DNA from: a bacterium
Lineage (GTDB): Bacteria > UBA10199 > 2-02-FULL-50-16 > JAJFLM01
NCBI GenBank assembly: GCA_965216315.1
Contig: CBDCFN010000016.1
Span: 1,792,001 to 1,856,000 of the forward strand
DNA length: 64,000 bases
Direction of reading: 5' to 3'
Within the stretch, counting starts at the first letter, position 1. Every line of letters starts with the position of its first letter. The notes under the pieces were generated by a model that saw only the letters and a list, made by a program, of their open reading frames with translations, made no database searches and was not told the DNA's origin. Made by a program: the position numbers and the translations under genes. Shown here piece after piece: positions 1-8,722 of the stretch.

Positions 1-2
1 AA

Positions 3-1229
3 ATGTTGAGCGCCGCCCAAGATTGTTGGGATCGTGCCGTTGAAACGGGTGAAGAACACGGTTATCGCAATTCACAAACTTCGGTGCTGGCTCCGACCGG
101 CACGATCGGTCTGTTAATGGATTGTGACACAACCGGTGTCGAGCCTGAATTCTCGCTCGTTAAATATAAGAAGCTCGCCGGGGGCGGCTACTTCAAAATC
201 ATTAACCAATCGGTGCCACTGGCCTTGCAGCACCTGGGTTACAATGAAGATGAAATCAAAACGATCAATGACTATGTCCTCGAGACCGGCAAGATCGAAG
301 GCGCGCCCGGGCTCAAAGAAGAGGATCTGCCTGTCTTTGATACCGCCAACCGTAATGGCGATGGTCAACGCTTCATCGACCCGATGGGGCATATCAAAAT
401 GATGGCGGCCACCCAGCCTTTCTTGTCGGGCGCGATTTCCAAAACCATCAACATCCCCAACGAAGCCGGCATTGAGGATATCGAAAAACTCTACGTCGAA
501 TCATGGAAGCTTGGTTTAAAGGCGGTCGCCCTCTATCGCGATGGCTGCAAATCATCGCAGCCGCTCAATACGAGCTCGGATGAAGCCGTTGAAGAGGAAG
601 AAGCTAAAGAAGCCCGCGGTGATCGTGAGTCCCTCCCCTTGCGGCGCAAAGGTTTCACGGTCGAGTCCAGTGTCCGCGGCCATAAAATCTTTCTGCGTAC
701 GGGTGAATATAACGACGGCCGTCTCGGTGAGATTTTCATCGATATGTACAAAGAAGGTGCCGCCTATCGCAGCTTGGTCAACTGCTTTGCAATCGCCGTC
801 TCGATCGGCCTGCAATACGGCGTGCCTCTCGAAAAATTCGTGAACAGCTTTACCTTTACGCGTTTCGAACCTCAGGGCATGACGGATCACCCGAATATTA
901 AGATCTCGACGTCGATCATCGACTTTGTCTTCCGCGTCTTGGGCATGGAGTACCTCGGCCGCACCGATTTTCTCCATTTAAAACCCAAGACGGTTGATGA
1001 AATAGATACCCAGGAAAAAGCCGAACGGGCGATGCTTGAAACCAGTTCGACTGCCGCTTCGGCCGCCCAACCGGTCATTGAAGATGACATCACGCCAGGT
1101 GGGATGGGGGATCATCTCGCGGACATGATGGGCGATGCCCCGGCCTGTGACAGTTGCGGGCACATCACGGTGCGCAACGGCGCCTGTTATAAATGCCTCA
1201 ACTGCGGCAACTCAATGGGTTGCAGTTAA
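3..1229 (+). CDS. nrdJ: Vitamin B12-dependent (class II) ribonucleotide reductase, C-terminal part (5'-truncated by window)
   Basis: [34 protein letters not shown] motifs; TSCPD-like domain (GRLGEIFID) and C-terminal CxxC...CxxC Zn ribbon. Confidence 0.95.
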   Translation: MLSAAQDCWDRAVETGEEHGYRNSQTSVLAPTGTIGLLMDCDTTGVEPEFSLVKYKKLAGGGYFKIINQSVPLALQHLGYNEDEIKTINDYVLETGKIEGAPGLKEEDLPVFDTANRNGDGQRFIDPMGHIKMMAATQPFLSGAISKTINIPNEAGIEDIEKLYVESWKLGLKAVALYRDGCKSSQPLNTSSDEAVEEEEAKEARGDRESLPLRRKGFTVESSVRGHKIFLRTGEYNDGRLGEIFIDMYKEGAAYRSLVNCFAIAVSIGLQYGVPLEKFVNSFTFTRFEPQGMTDHPNIKISTSIIDFVFRVLGMEYLGRTDFLHLKPKTVDEIDTQEKAERAMLETSSTAASAAQPVIEDDITPGGMGDHLADMMGDAPACDSCGHITVRNGACYKCLNCGNSMGCS

Positions 1230-1323
1230 AGATTTAGGGACAATGGGGAACGTGAATGGGAGAAAAAACTTCCCCGCCTCCCTCGACTGGCTGGAGGGTT
1301 CTAGTCGGGGGAGGTTAAATTTT

Positions 1324-1632
1324 TTACGCCACCCGCTTCCCCTCCCGGTCCACAAACGCGACGCAGATATCGACCTTCAGCGCGTCACACGCGCGGAGAA
1401 TCCACTTCATCGAGGTATTCTTACCGGAAAATTTTTCATAGACCGCTTGGCGCGAGATATTCATGCGCCGGGCCAGCTCATTCATGCTGACTCCTTTTTC
1501 AGTCATAACCGCACCTAATCCGACAAGTATATCCTTGAAACGAATAAAATTCTGATCTTCAGGATCATTCGCGTCGAGACCTAGCAAGTCGACTACGGAT
1601 ATTTTTCGTGGCTCTTTAGATATTTTTTCCAC
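1324..1632 (-). CDS. XRE-family HTH protein, probable antitoxin
   Basis: SMNELARRMNISRQAVYEKF HTH signature; overlaps the upstream RelE-like ORF. Confidence 0.75.
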   Translation of the reverse strand: MEKISKEPRKISVVDLLGLDANDPEDQNFIRFKDILVGLGAVMTEKGVSMNELARRMNISRQAVYEKFSGKNTSMKWILRACDALKVDICVAFVDREGKRVA

Positions 1633-2000
1633 CTCTTTATTCCTCGATTAATGGCATGGCTGAGTTTGCCGCGACTCTTGTGCACGGCAGCAACGATAAC
1701 CGTATTGTTATCGTCGATAATAAAAATAATGCGCCCGCCTTTACAAAGATCTCGTGCCTCCCAAACATCTCCATTTTTTGTCGTCACTTGGCGGTCGAGT
1801 TTCTTTATATATCCACACTTAATATACGGCGCTAACGACTTGGCTTGCTGTCGACACGACGCGACCATCGAGATCACCCAAAAAAGATGTTTGCGCTCGG
1901 CCTTACTCAGTCCAAAGGCAACGGAATCTTTGAAGAGGACATTCTGACCCTCCTCTTCCAGGACCCAGAGGCCCTCTGCTATTTTGAGTATAGCGACCAT
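1593..2000 (-). CDS. Probable RelE/HigB-like type II toxin
   Basis: IKKL...VWEAR...GRIIF...VIVAAVHKS pattern typical of the RelE/HigB fold; toxin-before-HTH gene order. Confidence 0.6.
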   Translation of the reverse strand: MVAILKIAEGLWVLEEEGQNVLFKDSVAFGLSKAERKHLFWVISMVASCRQQAKSLAPYIKCGYIKKLDRQVTTKNGDVWEARDLCKGGRIIFIIDDNNTVIVAAVHKSRGKLSHAINRGIKRWKKYLKSHEKYP

Positions 2001-2007
2001 AGGCTCC

Positions 2008-2050
2008 CAATGTAAAGATATATCTTACGGTAAGTTATTTCCTTACATTG
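2008..2050. promoter_or_regulatory. Palindromic operator candidate for the TA operon
   Basis: Nested inverted repeats caatgtaa...ttacattg, gtaaagatatatcttac and gtaag...cttac just upstream of the toxin start. Confidence 0.5.
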
Positions 2051-2089
2051 ACCGTGTTGCTGATCGGCGCGACGCATCCTCCAGTTAAG

Positions 2090-2105
2090 AGCAAATGAGG
2101 TGCCA
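2090..2105 (-). promoter_or_regulatory. sigma54 (-24/-12) promoter candidate
   Basis: Minus strand TGGCACCTCATTTGCT = GG-N10-GC, with an AT-rich tract upstream. Confidence 0.5.
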
Positions 2106-2349
2106 ATAATATTTACTTAAATTGCAAAGGTTTACGATTACAGACTTCAGACGACCGTCTCATTCTGGGACACCATGAGACTCACATCGCTATACTCTCC
2201 CCATGCGCTTCGCCATTGAACGAATTAGGTCGCGTCTCCAAAAACACTTAATCCCTCATGATCATAGAGGAGGTGCGGTGATCTCGATTGGCATCCCCAT
2301 AGCGTACCTCGGTCACGGTCACGCCGGCTGACTGCTTTCCTTCCCCAAC

Positions 2350-2844
2350 CTACATCGCGGGGGCCATGGCACGTCCCCCGCCACGCTGCTGATAGAGTAG
2401 CGCGGCCCCATTGGAAAGCCGGACCAGGATATCCGTACGGCGATCTCTATTGACATCCCCGTAGCGTACCTCGCTCACGGTCACACCGGCCGGCAGACTC
2501 CTCAGGAGTCCATCGCGTGTCGCCGCGGAAGCAAGGTCTTCATCCACCTCACTCTGAGCCGCTTCACAACTATTCCGGCCACAGCGTTCCCAACCGACAA
2601 ATATGACCGGCCAAGAACTCCGTCCTGCCAGCGTCATGCTGCGATACCCCGTTTCCAAGCGAAAAAAAGAACTGACGCGCGAACGGCCCGTCCCTAAAGG
2701 AATTTGCGCCTCGACCTGCGTGACGGGACCCTGCGGCGAATCTCCAGTCGTTAGTTGAACTTGATGACTCAATCGACCTTGATCGATCAAGTATTGTGCT
2801 CGCTCCGCAGAAATCTCTGTAGCATGAAACCGAACCCTACTCAT
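2350..2844 (-). CDS. Hypothetical protein, paralog of 2889-3797, FG-GAP-like Ca-binding motif
   Basis: YGDVNRDRRTDILVR motif; colinear similarity to the neighbour; RBS-like gaaggag upstream. Confidence 0.7.
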   Translation of the reverse strand: MSRVRFHATEISAERAQYLIDQGRLSHQVQLTTGDSPQGPVTQVEAQIPLGTGRSRVSSFFRLETGYRSMTLAGRSSWPVIFVGWERCGRNSCEAAQSEVDEDLASAATRDGLLRSLPAGVTVSEVRYGDVNRDRRTDILVRLSNGAALLYQQRGGGRAMAPAM

Positions 2845-2888
2845 GACGTATCTCCTTCTCGCACCAAATGATGAATCGATTTATTTTT

Positions 2889-3797
2889 TTATGGCCGCCG
2901 ACCCCGCACCCGAATCGTCTCAATGGTGCGGAAGTTTTGCCCATCGGTCGAAACCTCAATAGGAATGGTATGAATCCGACCGTCCGCAGTCTCGACGAGA
3001 TCGCGACCTTGTTGAGCCAATGTAATATGATTGGACCCGGCAGTCACCTCGAAGCGCCTCACTCGGGGTGGCACCCCGGCACGGACATAGAGGGTTCCCG
3101 CGCGCTCGGCCTGAACTGAAAGTCTCACGCTATCCCGATAGTAATAATTGACTGGAATACCGGCAACGCGCACTTGAACATTTCCGGCAGAATTATTGGC
3201 TGGAGGACGCGCGCCGGGTCCCGTCTGTTTCTCTGCACGTGACTCATTGAATGGGTTATCGAGATCATCTTGGGGCACATCCACCCCCAACCTATTTCCT
3301 GGACTTAGTCGCCATCTTTGAGGGCGAAGCAAATCCCTTGGGTTCTGTCTCAACAGATGAGCCGCGCCATTAGAAAATCTGACGAGGATATCCGTTAAAC
3401 CATCATCATTCGCATCTCCATAGCGAACATCGGTGACGGTCACACCTTGAGGAAGACTGCTTATATGTTCATCATTAATCGAGGTCTCGATCCTCGCCTC
3501 ATCGACGATGCGACGTGCGGATTCACAGCTTCCCGTCCCGCAGGGTAACCAACCCGTAAACAGAATCGGCCAAGACACCTGGCCACTAAAAGTCTGAGCT
3601 CGATAACCTAGTTCAAGTCGAAAGTAAGAAAGTTGCCCTTGGTTTCGCAGAGGTATCTGGCCTCCCACATAGAACGTCCGCCCTTGGGGCGTGTCTTGCG
3701 TATTGAGAATGAGTTGCTGATTAAAATGACCCTGATCGATCAGACGTTGGGCGCGGTCTGACGATATTTCAACAGTACGGTACGGTATCGTGCTCAT
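2889..3797 (-). CDS. Hypothetical protein with FG-GAP-like motif and an extra C-terminal beta-rich domain
   Basis: YGDANDDGLTDILVR; N-terminal ~150 aa paralogous to 2350-2844; aggagg RBS. Confidence 0.75.
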   Translation of the reverse strand: MSTIPYRTVEISSDRAQRLIDQGHFNQQLILNTQDTPQGRTFYVGGQIPLRNQGQLSYFRLELGYRAQTFSGQVSWPILFTGWLPCGTGSCESARRIVDEARIETSINDEHISSLPQGVTVTDVRYGDANDDGLTDILVRFSNGAAHLLRQNPRDLLRPQRWRLSPGNRLGVDVPQDDLDNPFNESRAEKQTGPGARPPANNSAGNVQVRVAGIPVNYYYRDSVRLSVQAERAGTLYVRAGVPPRVRRFEVTAGSNHITLAQQGRDLVETADGRIHTIPIEVSTDGQNFRTIETIRVRGRRP

Positions 3798-3942
3798 AAC
3801 GAGCCTCCTAGCCGCACCAGTTGTTCATATCAGATGCTTTTTACATCGACGCGCAGCCCCATATGTTGCGTGAAAAGCATTCTCCCCTTTCTTAAAATGA
3901 CATAATTTGTTACCTATTTTCGGCAAAGAACAGAGCATCGCT

Positions 3943-4404
3943 ATGACCAACCCCTACGACCAGATTATCAAGGACATCGACCGCAAGCCCTCCTTCAAAC
4001 GACGTTGGACCGTACGCCTGATATTCGGCGGGTTCATCGCGCTGATGATCGCGGGTCCGGGAGTCGCGGCATTTCCGAGCCTCATCAAACTGACGCAACC
4101 TTTACTCTGCTCGAACGGTGAGATTATCACTCAAAAACATCATCTCGGCTCGGGAACAACTCGAGAATTTACCATCGCTGTTCATTGTCTAAAACCAAAC
4201 GGAGAAAAATCTCCGGTCGGGACCTTTATCTCCATTGTTACCTTATTCGCGCTCTTACTCTTCCCCTGTATGATCGGCATCGCTTTCCTTGGGCAAGTCT
4301 GGAAATGGCATATGATCCGCAAATACGGCCCCAACTACAAAGAACAACTCCGCCGTTCGGCACAGGCCCGCCGGCAACGTTACGCAGAGCGGCAACGCTC
4401 TTGA
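3943..4404 (+). CDS. Hypothetical membrane protein (2 TM)
   Basis: Two hydrophobic segments flanking a Cys-containing loop; ATG at 3943 preferred over TTG 3907. Confidence 0.6.
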   Translation: MTNPYDQIIKDIDRKPSFKRRWTVRLIFGGFIALMIAGPGVAAFPSLIKLTQPLLCSNGEIITQKHHLGSGTTREFTIAVHCLKPNGEKSPVGTFISIVTLFALLLFPCMIGIAFLGQVWKWHMIRKYGPNYKEQLRRSAQARRQRYAERQRS

Positions 4405-4410
4405 TAGCTT

Positions 4411-5340
4411 TTATTGTGATGGCGGCTCGGAATGAGGCGAAGGATTGTCGTAGAAATTCCCTTGATAAATGAGCATGCGGGGCAAGGGGTAGTCCTTGTG
4501 TGGAATTAATTTAGTGACCCGTTCATGTAACTCCATGACACCATACTCATTGAGGGCTTCAAAAATCCGCACAACACTCTCAATCGCAAAATTCGTCCCG
4601 GGCAACACAAAGAGACGTCTCGAATGAAGGATCTCAAAACTTTCTTTCAAAGACCGAACCAGTTGCGGCACCGGGGTCTCAGCCGTCACATGGGCAACAT
4701 AATGTTTTTTGAGTAAGTCATCGACTATGATAAGTGCAGACGCTGAACCTAAACTCTCAACCGCTAACGCTTCACCAAAACCGGCGAGTATCATCTCGCC
4801 GGCAGTAACGAATTGATGGGGCGTATTCGACCGTGGCGCGGTAATTTGAAGCGTCATCGGCCATGCCTCAGAAATCAAGTTAGTCGCGAGTTTACGTAAG
4901 TGCCGAGTGGTCATGCGCTGCGCCGTCGGCTCGCGCGCGGGCAACTCAGGAATGCGCTCTAAAGGTTCCATTACCTTGCCTATCCAGGAAGGGTGTCGCC
5001 GCCGCGGTGGCAACTTGTTCTCACCTTCTTCCGGAGACGGCACTTGGCCGGTGATCTGCTGAATCAACGTATCAAGCCGCCGCACGCCAACATTCAAACC
5101 CTGAGGCTTGGCAATCAATTTGCGAATATCCTGCGTCGTCGGCCATACGGGAATCTTGTCGGGTTCGAGGCTGTCAATAACTTGCAAGGCCTCGTCCATC
5201 GTGCCCCGTAGCTCAGTTTCTCTATCCGTCGCTTGAGACTGCTCTTGGATTTGTGTCCAGAGAGCCGTTAAATGTATGATGGACGCCGGCCCGGCCGCGC
5301 ATAGCGACATGGACCCCAGCCCCAACCCATGAAATAGCAT
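4411..5340 (-). CDS. Hypothetical protein with C-terminal CheD-like deamidase fold (catalytic Cys replaced by Ala)
   Basis: VTAGEM...LAVESLGSASALIIVD...YVAHV resembles CheD V.xGE...T.LGSC..l.D...aH. Confidence 0.5.
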   Translation of the reverse strand: MLFHGLGLGSMSLCAAGPASIIHLTALWTQIQEQSQATDRETELRGTMDEALQVIDSLEPDKIPVWPTTQDIRKLIAKPQGLNVGVRRLDTLIQQITGQVPSPEEGENKLPPRRRHPSWIGKVMEPLERIPELPAREPTAQRMTTRHLRKLATNLISEAWPMTLQITAPRSNTPHQFVTAGEMILAGFGEALAVESLGSASALIIVDDLLKKHYVAHVTAETPVPQLVRSLKESFEILHSRRLFVLPGTNFAIESVVRIFEALNEYGVMELHERVTKLIPHKDYPLPRMLIYQGNFYDNPSPHSEPPSQ

Positions 5341-5410
5341 AATTCCCCTATCGACGCAGGTTCCAATAAGTTGCGTTGTGAATTTCCGTTTATTTTGCTA
5401 CTAGATACGC

Positions 5411-5881
5411 ATGGACGACGCTTCAGAACGGGCCCGGATACAGCTTCATGAGATCTTTCGGGATGCCGACGGCAACGGCATCCCGGACATACTCGAGGGC
5501 AAATTGCGCGGAGAAGACCTCCGCAATCTCGTCAGCTCCCAGTCTAATACCGTCAAGGTATTCGTCGGCGGCAAAGAGTATTCGAACCTCAATGAGCTGC
5601 CCAGCGATAAGAGACAGCAGATCGAACACAGCCTGGATCAATTGGCGCGCATATCGACCCAAGCCGGCAACGTTCTGAAGGGATTCGGCCTCTTCAAACT
5701 CATCAAGTGGTTTACCAAAAAGAAAGGGGCCGACTCGCAAAGGCTTTATACGACCGCATCTACCCCGCAAAACCCACCATCTTACCAGGTCGACGAACGC
5801 TCTTTTTTTGCTAAAAGCCTTCCTTTTTTGCTCGGAGCAGTCATTGTTGGGGCCTTGGCCTACTATCTCTTCGGGAAATAG
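5411..5881 (+). CDS. Hypothetical protein, DxDGNGxPD Ca-binding-like motif, C-terminal TM helix
   Basis: DADGNGIPD motif; C-terminal LPFLLGAVIVGALAYYLF. Confidence 0.65.
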   Translation: MDDASERARIQLHEIFRDADGNGIPDILEGKLRGEDLRNLVSSQSNTVKVFVGGKEYSNLNELPSDKRQQIEHSLDQLARISTQAGNVLKGFGLFKLIKWFTKKKGADSQRLYTTASTPQNPPSYQVDERSFFAKSLPFLLGAVIVGALAYYLFGK

Positions 5882-6071
5882 GCTTAAACCGCTAATCGAG
5901 CCCCCTAAAAAAATTCTTTCAAAATTTGGCTCTCTTCGCTAGTCTCCGCCAGGATTGTCGCCCGGTCGGCGGGTCCTGTCGCCTTCGCAATCCTTTGGCT
6001 GCGTCTACAGTGACGTTCCAAAGGATCGCTCGCGCCACCCGCCGCACGTTGTTAATTTATGAGGAGGGATC

Positions 6072-6716
6072 ATGAAGTTTATATTAATTGCGCTGACATT
6101 GGCTCTTGCGGGACCTGGTCTGATGGCCTGCAGCAAGTATAAGATGGTCAATGTGGAAGAGGATGAAAAGGCCAAGGCCGAGGAAGCTGAGAAGATGGCC
6201 ATGGAATTAAAAGAGAAGATGGCAAAAGAAGCCGCCGAAAAGGAAGCCGCTGAAAAAGAGAAAGAGCGTGAAGAGCAGCTCAAAGAGCAAGAAGAGAAGA
6301 TTAAAGAACTCGAAGAAAAACTCACTGAGCTTGACGAAAAGAAAGATGACAAGACCAAGGTTGTTGTCGTCCGCGACAAGTCACCGAGTTCGAGTGGATC
6401 TTCAGATAAGCCTGCCGGCAAGCCCAAGGGTTGGGTCCGGCTCTATGACGACAAGGGCTTTACCGACCGCCAGCTGACTATCGGCTTTGGCCGCAACATC
6501 GGCAATTTCCACAACATTAGTTCCGATGATGGTAAGTCTGGCTTTAATGATAAGGCGTCGGCCGTAAAATTCAACGTGCCGCCGGGATGGAAGGCTGTCC
6601 TCTATGAAAACAGCAACTATTCCAAACGCGCCTATCCTTTAAAGGGTCGCGGTGCCATTGCGGACCTGGGATACTTTGGCGACAAGGCCTCATCGATTCG
6701 CTGGGAAAGAAATTAA
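6072..6716 (+). CDS. Lipoprotein with coiled coil and beta/gamma-crystallin domain
   Basis: Lipobox LMAC; E/K-rich coil; two Greek-key-like motifs (VRLYDDKGF...NDKASAV; VLYENSNY...GDKASSIR); strong RBS gaggagg. Confidence 0.8.
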   Translation: MKFILIALTLALAGPGLMACSKYKMVNVEEDEKAKAEEAEKMAMELKEKMAKEAAEKEAAEKEKEREEQLKEQEEKIKELEEKLTELDEKKDDKTKVVVVRDKSPSSSGSSDKPAGKPKGWVRLYDDKGFTDRQLTIGFGRNIGNFHNISSDDGKSGFNDKASAVKFNVPPGWKAVLYENSNYSKRAYPLKGRGAIADLGYFGDKASSIRWERN

Positions 6717-6738
6717 AAAAATTAGGATAATTAAAATT

Positions 6739-6773
6739 AAAAAACCCGTCAGCGAAAGCTGGCGGGTTTTTTT
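6739..6773. terminator. Intrinsic (possibly bidirectional) terminator
   Basis: aaaaaacccgtcagc-gaaa-gctggcgggttttttt between convergent genes. Confidence 0.85.
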
Positions 6774-6804
6774 GTGAAGCGGAGTTGTTATTCGGATAAA
6801 AAGC

Positions 6805-7023
6805 TTAGCTGTGCCGTCCTCCACGTAGGTCGCTCAAGAAACCCGTGGCTTCTTCCTGGGTAAAATTCGTTGCAATCCGCTCATCCGTCGTTGGCGGGCT
6901 GGGGGTATGAGGATCTTGACCCTTCACAACGTGCTGCCCGTTCCGGGGCCGCCCAACAGGAACACTCGGGACGTTCTCTTGAAGCTTCGGATTATTGCTA
7001 TTAATTGAGAGTCTAAATACCAT
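6805..7023 (-). CDS. Small hypothetical protein
   Basis: 72-aa ORF preceded by the shared GCAAC-N16-GACGATAA promoter motif. Confidence 0.45.
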   Translation of the reverse strand: MVFRLSINSNNPKLQENVPSVPVGRPRNGQHVVKGQDPHTPSPPTTDERIATNFTQEEATGFLSDLRGGRHS

Positions 7024-7174
7024 AATTTCGTCCGTGCAGTAGTTATCGTCTCGGGTGGGGTATCGAGTTGCCAGGGAGTCAAAAAAAGCGACAGATCACT
7101 AGTTGAAATCGCTACCCATTTACCCTACAAAACCCAAATTAACACACTTTGAGGGGCCAACCAAGCCGCGAACT

Positions 7175-7822
7175 ATGCGAAAATTATCCAAACCCTGTTT
7201 TATCACCCTTGAAGGCGTCGAGGGCGCCGGAAAAAGCAGTCAAGTTGCTAATATTATTAAATATTTTGAGGACTCTGGCGATTCGATTCTCGCCACGCGA
7301 GAACCGGGTGGAACCTTGATTGCCGACGAGATCCGCCGGCTGCTCGTCGAATCCCACGATGAGCCCTTGGCTCCTCTCGCCGAGCTGCTCCTTTATAATG
7401 CCTCGCGCGTCCAGCACCTCCAACAGTGTATTCGACCTGCGCTCGCCGCCGGGTCTTCTGTGCTCTGCGATCGCTACACGGACGCGACGGTCGCTTATCA
7501 GTCCTATGGACGCCATCTATCCCTGGGAACGGTGACTCAGCTCAACGAATTGGCAACGGACGGTTTAACACCCGACTTGACCCTGCTCTTTGATTGCCCC
7601 CCGGAACTGGGGCTCGCAAGGTCCAAGTCCCGGCTTGCCGCTGAGGCCAGCCGCGAAGACCGCTTTGAAACCGAGGCTCTCGCCTTTCATGAGCGCGTCC
7701 GCGCGGGTTATCTGGAGATAGCCGCGCGACAGAAAGATAGAATGTTCATCATAGATGCAAGCCAAGATGCAACTGAAGTATGGGAACAGATTCAAAAAGT
7801 ATTCACGGATAGAATTGAATAA
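7175..7822 (+). CDS. tmk: Thymidylate kinase
   Basis: FITLEGVEGAGKS P-loop, TREPGG, LCDRY motifs; ATG 7175 likely start. Confidence 0.95.
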   Translation: MRKLSKPCFITLEGVEGAGKSSQVANIIKYFEDSGDSILATREPGGTLIADEIRRLLVESHDEPLAPLAELLLYNASRVQHLQQCIRPALAAGSSVLCDRYTDATVAYQSYGRHLSLGTVTQLNELATDGLTPDLTLLFDCPPELGLARSKSRLAAEASREDRFETEALAFHERVRAGYLEIAARQKDRMFIIDASQDATEVWEQIQKVFTDRIE

Positions 7823-7834
7823 TTCAGATGAAAT

Positions 7835-8722
7835 ATGAACGCACTCGATCAAATTCTCGGCCAAGAATCGGTCATTAAGGAACTGAAACACCGCCTGAAC
7901 CATCAAACCTTGCGCGGGAGTTTTCTTTTTACGGGCCCTGACGGCGTTGGCAAAAAAACCACTGCCCTTGCCGTCGTGGAGTCATTATTTGGTAAAGAGC
8001 ATGTCGACACTCACCCGGACCTTTTAATCCTGGAGCCCGATGAAAAGGACACCATCAAAATCGATGCGGCACGTGCGCTAATCCGGCGCATGAGCTTAAA
8101 ACCAACACAAGCACCCTTCAATATCGCCATTATCGATCGCTGTGACTGCATGACAACAGAAGCCAGCAATGCCCTCCTTAAAACGATTGAAGAACCAAAT
8201 GGATCGATATTCATGATAACAAGTCGCCCCGGTTCCCTCCTGCCAACCATACGTTCACGCTGCCAAGATATTCGATTTCGACCCCTTCCAAGCGATCTTA
8301 TTGTCGATTTATTACACCGGTTAGAAAAATGGCCCCAGGCTGAATGCGAAGCGGCCGCCGCATTAGCCGATGGGTCACTCACGCAAGCACGTCACTTTGG
8401 CACCTGGCTACAGGAACTCGGCCTTAATCTCACGGACCTCTTCAACACCTTGAGCTCCCAACCTTACACACAATTGGAAGCGCAACTCAAAGAACTCCCG
8501 TCGGATCCTCAAGGCATTATGTGTCTTCTTGCCGGTCTGCGCCAAATATGCCGCGACAATCTTGTTTCCTGTAACACAGACCAGAGCCGGCCCTGGCTTG
8601 ACTGCATTGACGCCATTAGTTCGGCTGAAATGGCCTTGCGACAACATACTGCCCCCCTCCTCCTCTGGGAAACACTCGCTTTTTCGTTTCAAAAAGTGCT
8701 AAGGACAAAAGATGTCGCGTAA
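7835..8722 (+). CDS. holB: DNA polymerase III delta' subunit
   Basis: GPDGVGK, HPDL, ASNALLKTIEEP, LLPTIRSRC; follows tmk. Confidence 0.9.
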   Translation: MNALDQILGQESVIKELKHRLNHQTLRGSFLFTGPDGVGKKTTALAVVESLFGKEHVDTHPDLLILEPDEKDTIKIDAARALIRRMSLKPTQAPFNIAIIDRCDCMTTEASNALLKTIEEPNGSIFMITSRPGSLLPTIRSRCQDIRFRPLPSDLIVDLLHRLEKWPQAECEAAAALADGSLTQARHFGTWLQELGLNLTDLFNTLSSQPYTQLEAQLKELPSDPQGIMCLLAGLRQICRDNLVSCNTDQSRPWLDCIDAISSAEMALRQHTAPLLLWETLAFSFQKVLRTKDVA

